A stretch of DNA of 64,000 bases from a virus. Its lineage: Duplodnaviria > Heunggongvirae > Uroviricota > Caudoviricetes. Below, piece by piece: positions 34,558 through 47,423 of this stretch. The stretch lies in IMG/VR virus record IMGVR_UViG_2648501802_000002, one strand, 5' to 3'. The notes under the pieces are model-generated. The model ran no database searches. It saw only the letters and a program-made list of their open reading frames with translations, and was not told the DNA's origin. Position 1 is the first letter of the stretch, and each line of letters begins with the position of its first letter. The position numbers and the translations under genes are program-made.

Positions 34558-34772
34558 TTTAGCAAGTCCTGTATTGGTTAATAACCATCAGAGCCATATC
34601 ATGATGGCCTAATGTGATAATTATGATTAAATCAGGCCTGCCTGCCACTGAAATAATGCCATATTTGGATGATATCAGGCCATTCTTCTGGCTCTCAGGT
34701 TTCAGGAATATGTCTGCTGAAAGCGGGTACAGATCTGACGCATTGAAGGGAAGTATCGTCCTTTAAGGCTTA

Positions 34773-35162
34773 TTGATGTCAGCCAGTACAAAAAATCATC
34801 TTAACGTACAATATCTTCCGTTTCCCAAACGGAGCCCACCAACGACGGAGGAACGGCGCATCGCCAATGCTCTTGGCGCTCTCCCCTGCATTGCCTGCTA
34901 TATGCCTGGAGTAATATCTAATGAGGTGTCTCTGAACCATATCGCCGGTCGTACCGCGCCGGGTTGTCACAAAAAGCAATTGCCACTTTGTAGATGGCAC
35001 CACCAGCATGCAGCACCGGCTGAAGTAAGAGAAAAATACCCCTGGCTGGTCCCTGTTCATGCCGATGGTGTGGTTGGAGGCAAGAAAGAATTCACCTTGC
35101 TGAACAAGTCAGAGATGGAGTTGCTGGCTGACGCCTATGAAATGGCAAACGTCATGCACTAA
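34773..35162 (+). CDS. HNH-motif protein (Ref-like position)
   Basis: 129-aa ORF with CIAC...NHIAG...CRWHH Cys/His pattern; precedes a Mat-position gene. Confidence 0.35.
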   Translation: MMSASTKNHLNVQYLPFPKRSPPTTEERRIANALGALPCIACYMPGVISNEVSLNHIAGRTAPGCHKKQLPLCRWHHQHAAPAEVREKYPWLVPVHADGVVGGKKEFTLLNKSEMELLADAYEMANVMH

Positions 35163-35240
35163 TAAATATATTATTTTTAATCTTAAATGATTGACAACTG
35201 ACAAGTGACTTGAGTCAGAATCATCACACGCCCGGTACGG

Positions 35241-35996
35241 ATGGATCCCTTTTCAAATATTCCATGGACGGCACAGTCTGAGTACCGGGCGCTACCTTCT
35301 GTTGTATTGCTAAGCCGCCGCTGGTGGCTTTTCTTTTTTATAGGGGGCGATATGGATAAGAAAATATGCGTTGTTTCGATGAGCGTCGGTAAACCGGCGT
35401 CAATGACTGCTGCATGGATCAACAACGAGCTGATAATGGCTGAGCGGACCAGCTACCCTGAACGCCGCCGCGATATGGAACTCCAGCTGCTGCGCGAATT
35501 GCGAGAAAAAGAGGAAAAGGGTTTTATCGTGCTGGTGGAAGAGGAAAACAGCTTTATTACCGGTCGAGTTGGCCAGCGTGTAAGGTTGCGCGATCCCTTC
35601 ATGAACGGCAGGCCGGTACTAATTGAAGCAATGCAGATTTACAAGGAGCTGGAACGCCAGAAAGCGATCAAGTTACCGCGCAAGGAATCCGGCAAATACA
35701 TCCTCCACCAAAGCATCTTCGATTCCGAACACGATAAAAAAGGCGATGAGTTTTTCAACATCAACTGGAGCGAAATAACGACAGAGCATGTTCTGACGTT
35801 GTTATGCTGCTTCGCAACAGAATACAACAACGTGGTAAGCGCAGACTACATCAGGACAATGACAGACACCGTTACTAAACAAGACAACGAATATTCACCA
35901 TATGAGCCATTTGTAAATATGATAAAAGCATTTTATCGGATGGAGCTCGCTAAAGTTCCTCAAGGTAAATTAACAGGTAAGGATAACATCTTTTAA
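35241..35996 (+). CDS. hypothetical protein (Mat-like position)
   Basis: 251-aa ORF, probable start at internal MDKKICVV. Confidence 0.3.
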   Translation: MDPFSNIPWTAQSEYRALPSVVLLSRRWWLFFFIGGDMDKKICVVSMSVGKPASMTAAWINNELIMAERTSYPERRRDMELQLLRELREKEEKGFIVLVEEENSFITGRVGQRVRLRDPFMNGRPVLIEAMQIYKELERQKAIKLPRKESGKYILHQSIFDSEHDKKGDEFFNINWSEITTEHVLTLLCCFATEYNNVVSADYIRTMTDTVTKQDNEYSPYEPFVNMIKAFYRMELAKVPQGKLTGKDNIF

Positions 35997-36049
35997 GCAC
36001 AGTAATGAGGTGCTTAGATGTTAATATCAATATCCTAACTCTCTGCATC

Positions 36050-36739
36050 TCATAAATCTGATAGCCACTTACTATCTATGGACTCAATCTCCGTCAGCGG
36101 AATTGATGGGAAAAAATATCCCTGAGCGCCCCATAGCCCTATTCCTTTTGATAACTTATGACAATCAATGTTTTCGACGCCTTCAGCGATGATATTCGGA
36201 CATAACTTTTTTAAATTGCTAATAATGACATCAAAATGAGGCTTAATCATATGCTCTTGAAAAAATGACTTATCAAGTTTTATTGCATGGTATTTATTTT
36301 TAATTAATGCTTTCATGGTGGCGTTACCACTTCCAAAATCATCAAGCCAAACATAGTCTGTCAAAGTCAGGAGAAAGGGTATAACGTAATCCTCATCGCT
36401 TAAATCAGGGTAGTTTTCTGATATCTCAAGAACTATAAATTTATTGTTTTTAATTAACTCTTGAGTTTGTTTATTACTGTATATATATATACATGTATCA
36501 TAATCTACATTAATAGAACATAGTATATTATGGCGTTCAAAAAAACACTTGTATTTCATTATTGTGTTAAGTTGTGATTTAAGTAAATTAATCTTCATCT
36601 TATTGGTAAACATACCCAATACTCTTTGAGTAGGAAGAGCGACACCATCTTTGGAGCGAAATCTGCTTAACACTTCTACTGCAATCAACTTGTTCGTGCT
36701 CGTAGAAATGATTGGTTCTGCAATGTAGATAACTTCCAT
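36050..36739 (-). CDS. EAL-domain protein (c-di-GMP phosphodiesterase-like)
   Basis: 229-aa ORF with EVLSRF, DDFGSG, KLDKSF and AQGYFF motifs; AT-rich. Confidence 0.6.
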   Translation of the reverse strand: MEVIYIAEPIISTSTNKLIAVEVLSRFRSKDGVALPTQRVLGMFTNKMKINLLKSQLNTIMKYKCFFERHNILCSINVDYDTCIYIYSNKQTQELIKNNKFIVLEISENYPDLSDEDYVIPFLLTLTDYVWLDDFGSGNATMKALIKNKYHAIKLDKSFFQEHMIKPHFDVIISNLKKLCPNIIAEGVENIDCHKLSKGIGLWGAQGYFFPSIPLTEIESIDSKWLSDL

Positions 36740-36975
36740 ATCCCCACCCTCAAGTTTTAAATTGCTTGATTTTGCTCAGATAACGAGCCCCCTATATTTA
36801 CAAGAGTTACACTCTACTTTTGTAGATTAAATGTCAATTTATTTGTTTGTGATAATATTGAAAAATATCAATTAAAACAATCAAAAAATGTGACATAAAT
36901 CAATAATTTTATTTTTACACAACTTCTTGATTTCTGAGCCTAGCTATCTCTATTCTTATTCAAAGCCTCTTTAGA

Positions 36976-37710
36976 ATGGTGGTGGCCATGTCAGCAGTTT
37001 GTTACTTCATACTCATAAAGAAACCTATAAGCTTTCAATTTCTTAAGGATTTCTTAATATTAAATTATGGTGATGTGTTGTTGCTTAAGCATTCTGAGCA
37101 TGAATGCTTAAAAATCTATTCAGACAAATATATAGAATTCGAACTCAATGATAATACCGTAAGAAACTATTTATCATGCAACAACAACCATGGAAACCAA
37201 TCGCTGGATAAGTGTCCGCATTTGCTAAAAAAGTCTTTTGCCTATCCTGATTTATTAATCAGGATGATCGATAATATAAGCGATCAAAATCATATCCATT
37301 CTGATTTTAGGGAGGCAGTAACTTTTTCATTACTCTCAATTTTTAATGATGTTGATAACTTTAGAGCATTTCTTACGTCTGGTATGCCCACTTTCTCAGG
37401 GAAAGTGCGCAGCATATTTCTTTCAGATGTATCTAAACACTGGAAACTAAGAGACCTAACCGATTATCTCTACATGAGTGAAAGCTTAATAAAGAAAAAA
37501 CTATTATTGGAAAACACCTCCTTCAGTAAGTTATTACTTGATACACGGATGGCTTTTGCTATTAAATTACTAAAGCAAAATCATCCAGTCAAACAAGTAT
37601 CAGAAAGCTGTGGCTTTAGTAGTACATCGTACTTTGTGTGCCTGTTCAGGCAATATTATAATTGCACGCCACGTGAATATGCAAAACATCAATTATTATC
37701 TGGAAAATAA
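36976..37710 (+). CDS. AraC-family transcriptional regulator
   Basis: 244-aa ORF with C-terminal AraC HTH; AT-rich, divergent from the EAL gene. Confidence 0.6.
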   Translation: MVVAMSAVCYFILIKKPISFQFLKDFLILNYGDVLLLKHSEHECLKIYSDKYIEFELNDNTVRNYLSCNNNHGNQSLDKCPHLLKKSFAYPDLLIRMIDNISDQNHIHSDFREAVTFSLLSIFNDVDNFRAFLTSGMPTFSGKVRSIFLSDVSKHWKLRDLTDYLYMSESLIKKKLLLENTSFSKLLLDTRMAFAIKLLKQNHPVKQVSESCGFSSTSYFVCLFRQYYNCTPREYAKHQLLSGK

Positions 37711-37748
37711 GATGCATTTATCTCCCAGATAATATTGTAATATTAAAC

Positions 37749-37997
37749 TCAGTCAGCATTTAGTAGCAGAGCATTATCTATGATGATCTGCTCCCATTCT
37801 TCGAATGCCCGGTCACGGACGCCCTGGGGAACACTGTTTGTTTTGAAATCAACGACTGTCCGCCATTTCCCGTCCGGACGGTACATGCGCAGAGCTTTAC
37901 TTCCCCCTTCCCTACGCACCTCAACGTTATGCTTGTCAGCAAACTCTTGTAATGCTCGTAGCGTCCCATGCTTTACTGTGTAGTATCGCTTTTTCAA
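37749..37997 (-). CDS. small protein, last gene of the DarB-like operon (Lxc-like position)
   Basis: 82-aa ORF, 4-nt overlap with the upstream gene. Confidence 0.3.
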   Translation of the reverse strand: MKKRYYTVKHGTLRALQEFADKHNVEVRREGGSKALRMYRPDGKWRTVVDFKTNSVPQGVRDRAFEEWEQIIIDNALLLNAD

Positions 37998-38434
37998 GTT
38001 TTCTCTCCAGCCTGTGCCAAGGCTTCAACTTCCAAATCGTAAGACTCAAACTCATAGTCCTGGTCGTCAACTTCTTCAGGCACTGGCAGTAAATGCCAGG
38101 CTGAGTATATCTGACCATTATCAAAACGCTCCTGGCTGTAGAGCGTCGCAGCTATGAGCGTCAGCGCCGGGCGGTCATAACGGTAAATTTTGCGAACGTC
38201 ACGGTCAACGAGACGACCGAAATTACCATAACCGCGCTCCAGTAATAATTTTTTAATTTCCGGCCAGTATGGGCCATAGCTGCGGTACAGGCGGGGATTT
38301 TTCAGTAATCGCCCGCGTAGCCCTGACAGGAAGAAATCAACGTATTCGTCTTCTGTCTTTCCTAACAACGCTGTACGGAGTACCGCCTCAAGATATGTTT
38401 TATTCGGTTTTATTGTATCAGATAGTGTGGCCAT
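37994..38434 (-). CDS. hypothetical protein downstream of DarB-like gene (Ulx-like position)
   Basis: 146-aa ORF. Confidence 0.3.
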   Translation of the reverse strand: MATLSDTIKPNKTYLEAVLRTALLGKTEDEYVDFFLSGLRGRLLKNPRLYRSYGPYWPEIKKLLLERGYGNFGRLVDRDVRKIYRYDRPALTLIAATLYSQERFDNGQIYSAWHLLPVPEEVDDQDYEFESYDLEVEALAQAGEKT

Positions 38435-38467
38435 ATTATGCGACGCCCGGCGAACCGGGCGCTCCTG

Positions 38468-41400
38468 TTATGCGTATTGTTGGATGACGGCCAGAACGTC
38501 CGCCACGTTGTGTTTTGTCTCGATAATCCACCAGTTACCCGGGAAATCGCTGTTCTTCGCCTTCGCTGGCAGCCAGCGAGCGCCGAATTTCGCCTTGATT
38601 GCGTCTTTCGCACGGAAAAGAACGCCTTTCATGCCTGAGGCTTCCTGAAGCCCAAATACCTCGCCAGCGGCGAATTTTGGTGCGTACATCATCTTCAGGT
38701 CGGCGGTGGATACGCGATAATTCAGACCTAGAGACTGAGCTATGCTGGTGGCATCACCCTGTATTGATGATAACTCTTCTTGTTTCTCGTTTCTGGCGGC
38801 AATCTCTTCCTCCGTGATGTTGCCAAGGGCCAGGTTTATCCGATCAGCGTCGGCCTGTTTCTCTTCATCGGTGCGCCCGGCAAGAACCGTGTTAATTCTC
38901 TGCAATATCTCCACATGATTCTTGCGCATGCTGAGCAATTCCGGCGTAACCTCGTTAAGATCCACCAGCCCAAGGATGGCAAGGTCGGAAAACATTGATA
39001 CCAGGTTGTAGGTCATGCGATAGCTGAGTTGACCATAGGCTGATGGCAACTTCACCGCATCCATTTGATAGGCATCCATAAATTTAGAGCCGTCGTTTAC
39101 GACATCCGCTATTGCAGGTGTGATTTTCCCTGTGGTGGCGGCCTCCCTGATTGCTGTTACCCACGATTGAGTCAGCGCGGCGACTGCATGATTCAGATTG
39201 GCTTCCCGTTCTGCTGCGATGCGCGCGCTTGCTGCGTCCATTGCCTGCTTGATCTCGGCTTTATTGCTGTAAATGCCAATGGTGCCAAACTGTGCTGTGG
39301 TGATCTCATAATCTGACGCCCGGAACTCATTGGTACCGAAAATGGCATTGGTGACTTCAAGTTCAGAATCCCCGTTACGAGTAGCCCCCTGGCTTGTTTT
39401 TTCCGGCATTCTGGCGATCGCATCCGCTATTTTCTCCTGAATTGCTTCAGGGGATAGCGTATCTCCGTATGACGCGATTACATCGCCATAATTGGAGCCA
39501 AACAATTCAACCAGGAATGTTTCTGCCGAACGGATCTGGCGGTTATTCCCTTCCGACATCATACCAAGCACCCATTTTGCAATTGACGACTTCAGCGCGA
39601 CGTCACGGCGATCCGGGTAAACCGCATGCTTCAGTGGGTCCGTATAGGTACCAACAAAATCAATGCTATAGCCTGACTCTGTAGTCTGAACGCCGTATGA
39701 GTCAGTGATTTTGATCATGCCGCGCTGCTGGAAACGGTAGAAATCGTCACAGGAAATGATGTCGTTAATCCCGGCGATGGAGACGCCGCCACTGATTTTC
39801 TGCATAACAGCATCTTCATCGGGAGTTACATCAACCTGTTTATCCAGCGTCTTCACATCCCAGTTACCCGATTTGGTACCTTTGAAGGTAAAGATAATCT
39901 CCACGTCTGCGCGCAGGCTGTCGAAGTCCAGCGACTTAATGCGAACGATATCACCGGCACAATCGTAGTATTGGCCTACACGCCATGAGCGATCGCCGAT
40001 AATAAGGAACTCACTCGCATGGTTAACCAGGTCAGGATCAACATCCAGAATGCCTTTATTTATTGCATCCTCCACCAGCGGGCGCAGGCGTTTGATATCC
40101 GTCGCGGCCTTCTGAGTACGGTTCAATAATTTCTCATAGCGGGAGATGGCTTGAGAGATATTAGCCTTGCGCTGAATGGCGCTTTTCAACGACGCGCGAT
40201 ACTGTGCTAACAACGTACGGTCTGTGTGATGGACGCTACCCCAGCGGGCTTTCCAGTCTGCGTTATCAGCTGCTTTGGCCATTACCGCCTGTTTGAATTT
40301 GGCGACGTCGGCGGTGGTCTTTTCAAGTTCCGCTTTGCTTCGCTCTAATTCAGCGGTAAGCACCTCCACATCCTCACCAGCTGCGTGCTGCGCCTTGATG
40401 TAGTTCTGAAGGTCGATAGTAGCCTGTTCTTTCTGGCGAGCGCGTTGCGCGGCTTTCGCCTTATCCATTTGAACCTGCATCATTGCCAGACGTTCGCCAT
40501 CATCCTTAGCGGTATACATCTGCATTTCGATCATATCGTTGGCGTCGGCGTTCTCCATTTCTGACTTATCTGAACGGAGGATATCGGAGATCCAACCTGC
40601 TTTACGCTTCAGCGTCTTCAGTCGGTATTCATCGAAAGAACCCTTGCCGCAGTAGTAGTGAACGCGAACGCTTGCACGGTTGGAACCAACTCGGGCACCG
40701 CGACCGTTACGCTGTGCGATACTGGCTGGTGTCCATGGCAACGTCAGATGATGGATGTCAGTCGTTCCTCGATGCAGGTTGATACCCACCTCTGCCTTTT
40801 TGTTGCAGATGATGATCGGAGTCCGGCCCTCCTGGAAGTCGGCTGCAATCTTTTCCAGACCGCCCAACGACATTTCATTTTGCTGCGCGATATAGGCGTC
40901 ATACAGAGCTATTTGCTCGTTGTATTTCGCTATCTGTGCATCTGTTGGTTCATCCGGTAACTCTTTCGGCGGTTTAACCGCTTTCAGTTTCTTACCGGTT
41001 TTACCTGCCTCGGCAACCGTCTGAGCATTCAGGATCCCCACCTTTGAAGGTTCAAGGTTAAGAGCATTGCAGATAATGCGCTTGAGCTTCTGGTGTTGCG
41101 TTTTTTTCATCGGTGAAGATGATTTGCTTACCTTCTGGGAAAAACTCCTTCAGCGTGGCAATCAGCTTCGCGTATTTGGGCGTAACGGGGTGAGTTACGG
41201 TCTGTTCGTCAATGCCAAACTTGGCCAGGCGCTTATTCACTTCCTGCTCAAATGCTTCCGGTACCTGCAACTGAATAAACTCGCCCTTATCTATCAGGGA
41301 GTATTGCGATTGCTGCGTGATTGAATCATCACTGTCGTCGTCTTCGCTGGTGGCTTGTTTGGGCAAACTGTCCGCCAGCTGCTGCACCGCATCGGCGTAC

Positions 41401-43287
41401 TCCGGCAGGAAACGATAGGTGATCCGGCGATAGTACAGGTCCATGTCAGTACATACGCGGTCCATATCCCTGATTATTGAGAAGATCGGACGGGCTTTCT
41501 CGTGCTCAATCACGCCGTCTTCATTGACCGAGGTCATTACGCCATTGTTGGCTTTGGCCGCCGCTTCCGCCTGCTGACGCAATTCTTCATACGCCGCCAG
41601 TTGTTCTTCAGTAAGTGGTGCATCCTGCTGGTGTTCGTCCAGCTCCGGGATCTCCACGGTATCCTTAACGTCTTCCGCCGTTTTAAGCGTTACCCAGCGA
41701 TGGAATATACCGCGCAGCGCATCAACCCGACAATTTCGCTATAGGACCGCGACCAGGATTACCAAAGCGGTCAATCTCTGCCTGCAAACGGGATACCAGA
41801 GAAAGGCGCTGCTGTTCGATTTGTTCAGCACTATGCCCGGCGGCCTTCATATCCTGATATTCAATTAACATCCGGCCAATCATCGCCCCGCGATACAAGC
41901 GTTCACGGTATTTTTCAGGCTGGCTGTTAATCCAGTCCACCAGCTGCACCATATCGTCGCTGATTGATGTGGTGTACTTATCGCGGACATTTGCCATCTG
42001 GGTAAATGTCATGCCGAGACGGCCTTCTGTTGTAGTCAGGTTACGCTGAAGAGCCTCCCAGCTATCCGCGCCATAACTGGCAGCATCGATCTTAAGTTCC
42101 TTCCCGGCATCAGCTTCAATCCAGCGACCACCAGCATATTTTTGCCATACGCCATTAATCAGGCGCATTTCCCCTTCACCAACAACGTCTGCGGTCGGTG
42201 ACGGTTCAGCCATATCGAGCAAAGACCAGTCGATACGGCTTTCGAAACGATGAATCAGCTTCGCTTTAAGAGCCTGGTTATCAATCTGACCGTCGGCACG
42301 AACCTCAATACGCCCCTGGAAGCCCTTTTCCTGGGTGCCATGAACAAACCGGCGGCCATCCTTTTCAAACCACTTGCCAGAAATAAACGTTGGCCAAAGC
42401 ACATTTGCCGATTCAAGAGTGCTTTCATCCACCAGGGGGATTTTCTCAGCCATCTCTGCCGGATGTTTGCGCATCAGCACCACATCAACGACTGTACTGG
42501 TCCCGTTTGCGTCAAAAGTACCGGTAGGCAAGCGGTGAGCGCCAAGAAATTCAGCTTTACGGGATAAGCGCAGGCGTAACCGCTTCATGTTTGAACCTGA
42601 AACAATGGACGGCGGCACAATCACGCACATGAATCCGCCTGGCTTTATCTTGTCCAGCATGCGGAGCATGAAGTAAGAACCCATGTCCGTTTCTTCTGCG
42701 TAAGGCTTATCGATGTTGCGTGTGTTATCACGACCGCCGAACGGAACGTTACCCACAACATGGTCGAATGAATCGTTAGGCGTGCTTATAGCCAGCTGTT
42801 CGAACGGGGAAATCTGTACGCTGTCTTCCGGGTGTAACAACTGGTTTATACGACCGGAAACACTGCTGATCTCAGTCGCGGTCATCACCGTACCAACCGG
42901 TTTTGTCTCATTAAAAACGCCGGTTCCCGCCGATGGTTCCAGAGTGTTACCTACGTCCGCGCCGTAGAGCTTCATGATCTCCCAGACACCTTCAGCGATC
43001 GGCTTTGGTGTGTAATATTCGGAGACGGACCCGCCAATGCCGCCTTCACCGGTGTACCCAGCCAGGATCTGGCGCTGTTCATCTGTCAGTGTCGCGCCGT
43101 CCACCAGCGAATTAAGCAAATCTATCGCCTTCTGATTCGCCTCCCGGCGCAGTCGGTCATAGCTTTTGCCTTCCACCTTTTCCACGCCGTATTTAATCGG
43201 CGCTCGGTGAGATGTTATTGCCCTAATGTATTTCAATATTTCGCTGACACTTGAACAGCAAAACACCCCCATAAATAGCTTGTTCAT
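38468..43287 (-). pseudogene. DarB-like N6-adenine methyltransferase + helicase-C fusion gene, in three ORFs
   Basis: ORF 41722..43287 has methyltransferase motifs (EPSAGTGVF, GNVPFG); ORFs 41058..41657 and 38468..41110 carry helicase C-domain motifs (KQIIFTDE; AQRNGRGAR); junctions at an A7 tract (41101-41107) and a 1-nt shift near 41722-41738. Confidence 0.55.
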
Positions 43288-43353
43288 TGGTAATCCTTAA
43301 CAAGTGACTAGTGTTAAATTCCGTTCAAACACGATGCGAATTATTCTAATTAA

Positions 43354-45084
<1,731 letters not shown>

Positions 45085-46359
45085 ACGGCAAACATTCCCA
45101 ATTCACAGAGTCCGACCTAAACCACATGAAGCGGCTTAGGAATTACAGACTCTCCAAGGGCTAACACTGCCAGCCCGGCAGCTTTTATATTACGGGCCGC
45201 GTTAATATCACGATCATGCTCTGCGCCACATTCCGGGCAGTGCCATTTACGAATATTAAGAGGCATTTTTTGCATGGTGAAGCCGCAACTGCTGCAACGT
45301 TTGGAAGAAGGGAAATACTGGTCGATAGCGACAATGCTACGTCCACCCCATTCTCCTTTGTACTGGAGTTGGCGTACAAGTTCGCTCCAGCCTGCGTCAG
45401 CTATTGCTTTAGACAGCTTCGGGTTACGGATCATGTTTTTCACTTTAAGGGATTCGACGCAAACAACTTGGTTTTCGTTAATCAGTTTGCGGGACAACTT
45501 ATGCAGGTTATCCATCCGACAATCGACTATTCTCGCGTGGAGGCGGGCAACCTTTAAACGTGCTTTGGCGCGGTTCTTTGAGCCTTTTTGTTTCTTGCTC
45601 AATCTGCGCTGTAACACTGCTAATCGCTTCGCGTATTTAGCGTTGTGTCGAGGATTGCCAGTTTTAAAACCGGTATCGGTGACGAACAAATCTTTTAAAC
45701 CAATATCAATGCCGACCGTGGAAACGGTGATCGGCAGTGATACAGGCTCAAACTCGCAGAGACAGGATACAAAATATCGTCCGGCAGCATCCCTGGTGAT
45801 AGTGACAGTGGATGGAGCAGACGGCAACGGACGGCTCCAGCGAACATCTAACGGCTCTTTGCTCTTTGCCATGTACAGCTTGCCGTCACGGTATTTAAAT
45901 GCGCTGGCAGTTAGTTCTGCGGCCTGTTTATGCCGCTTGCTCTTAAAAACTGGGTATGCAGCACGCCCGGCGAAAAAGTTAGCAAAAGCCGTTTGTTGGT
46001 GGCGCAGAGACTGCTGGAGGGGGACGCAGGAAACGTCATTCAGCCAAGCGAATTCTGGTTCTTTTTTCAGTGCCGTTAATTTGGCGCTGGCTTGTGCATA
46101 GCCGACCCTCTCATGGCGTGCGTAGTACGCATCGGTGCGCCAGCGAAGGAGGCTGTTATAGACAAAACGCACACACCCAAAAGTCCGGGCTAATAGCTCG
46201 GTTTGTTCGGGAGTTGGATAGAATCGATATTTATAGGCACGCTTCATGTTCTATATAATACATTGAAACTAATGAGTATATAAATGAATACACGGACGAA
46301 AATGTTATCAAAGCCAATATACCAACAGACATTAGGTAAGGTAGCTGGAGGGCAATATA
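45085..46359 (-). mobile_element. tnpB-only IS200/IS605-type element between portal and protease genes (ends not defined)
   Basis: TnpB ORF fills the intergenic space; no tnpA ORF adjacent. Confidence 0.5.
45117..46247 (-). CDS. tnpB: IS200/IS605-family TnpB (RNA-guided endonuclease)
   Basis: 376-aa ORF starting MKRAYKYRFYPTPEQ, with C-terminal zinc finger CSSCG...CPECG. Confidence 0.85.
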   Translation of the reverse strand: MKRAYKYRFYPTPEQTELLARTFGCVRFVYNSLLRWRTDAYYARHERVGYAQASAKLTALKKEPEFAWLNDVSCVPLQQSLRHQQTAFANFFAGRAAYPVFKSKRHKQAAELTASAFKYRDGKLYMAKSKEPLDVRWSRPLPSAPSTVTITRDAAGRYFVSCLCEFEPVSLPITVSTVGIDIGLKDLFVTDTGFKTGNPRHNAKYAKRLAVLQRRLSKKQKGSKNRAKARLKVARLHARIVDCRMDNLHKLSRKLINENQVVCVESLKVKNMIRNPKLSKAIADAGWSELVRQLQYKGEWGGRSIVAIDQYFPSSKRCSSCGFTMQKMPLNIRKWHCPECGAEHDRDINAARNIKAAGLAVLALGESVIPKPLHVV

Positions 46360-47379
46360 ATGACTGATGTTTTGAAAACGGTCACTGACCGCTTTTGTCT
46401 CTATAGCAATGCTCGAAAAGGTCGCCAGAACGGGCGACAGTATGTATTAAGCGCGGTTAAGACCATGCTTGAAAGCAAGGAAACTCAGGAAGGTTTACGC
46501 CTTGGAGAGCTTTTCGGCTATTACGGTCACGGTCGCCGACAGCTGACCGGCAAACTGGAAGTACCAGAAACCAGCGTAATCATGGTGGAAGGTCGCCCGG
46601 TCGTAATCGACAATGTTCCAGCGTGCCGCACAGTGGCTATATCCGTTGACGACAACGGCATCGTTACCCATACACAGGAAATTCTTAACACAGAGCCGGG
46701 TAAAATTGTCGCCGCGATGATCGAAAGCCGAGCTGGTGGCTGGAGCTGGGCCACTGGCGGGCGTGAGTCCGGGAAAATCGCTGTAACCACCAGCTTCCAT
46801 GGTGTGGATTATGTGACAACGCCGAACTATATCAGTCTGGATCATCCTGCCAGCGCCGGAATGTTTGAAAGCGCGGATTCTAAATCTTTACTGGCAGAGT
46901 CCCTGGCGGCGCATGGGTACTCCGACGAGTCAGTGCAGGCCGTTATATCCCATTACGGCAAAATGGCTGAACTGGAAATGATGGTGGAGGCGACAGAGCG
47001 TACGGCAGAACTGGAAACTGCACTACTCGAAAGCCAGGGCCGCCACCTCGAAGCAATGGCCAAGATCGCAGATGCTGAAGCGCGAATCGCTTTGCTGGAG
47101 GAAACAGCGGGTATCCGCGACGATGTGCTGGCAGCAATGCAAGACGAACTGGATAACCTCCCGATCTTCGTCTCCGCCGCCCAAAAAGACGCATTCCGCC
47201 TCAAAGAACCTGGTGATGCAAAAATCGTTGCCACACTTTTCGAATCTCTGATCAAAGTTGGCGCACGCAACTTGCCTGTCACCAAGAAAATTAAGGAGGT
47301 TCCGCAAGCGGCTAACGTCCAGGCACCGCGTGAGACAAGCATCATCACGTTTAATAATTCAATCAATCCGTTTAAATAA
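46360..47379 (+). CDS. head processing protease (Pro-like)
   Basis: 339-aa ORF after the portal gene; coiled-coil C-terminus. Confidence 0.5.
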   Translation: MTDVLKTVTDRFCLYSNARKGRQNGRQYVLSAVKTMLESKETQEGLRLGELFGYYGHGRRQLTGKLEVPETSVIMVEGRPVVIDNVPACRTVAISVDDNGIVTHTQEILNTEPGKIVAAMIESRAGGWSWATGGRESGKIAVTTSFHGVDYVTTPNYISLDHPASAGMFESADSKSLLAESLAAHGYSDESVQAVISHYGKMAELEMMVEATERTAELETALLESQGRHLEAMAKIADAEARIALLEETAGIRDDVLAAMQDELDNLPIFVSAAQKDAFRLKEPGDAKIVATLFESLIKVGARNLPVTKKIKEVPQAANVQAPRETSIITFNNSINPFK

Positions 47380-47392
47380 CCACCAAAAATAA

Positions 47393-47418
47393 CCCCGGCA
47401 GCTGCCGGGGTTCTCGTT
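47393..47418 (+). terminator. intrinsic terminator
   Basis: Perfect palindrome CCCCGGCAGCTGCCGGGG followed by TTCTCGTT. Confidence 0.6.
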
Positions 47419-47423
47419 AACTA

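Noticed and set aside
30651-34772. cre recombinase and loxP in the P1-equivalent position
   Set aside because: No ORF of cre size and no ATAACTTCGTATA-type inverted repeats with an 8-bp spacer were seen; only the decayed serine recombinase is present.
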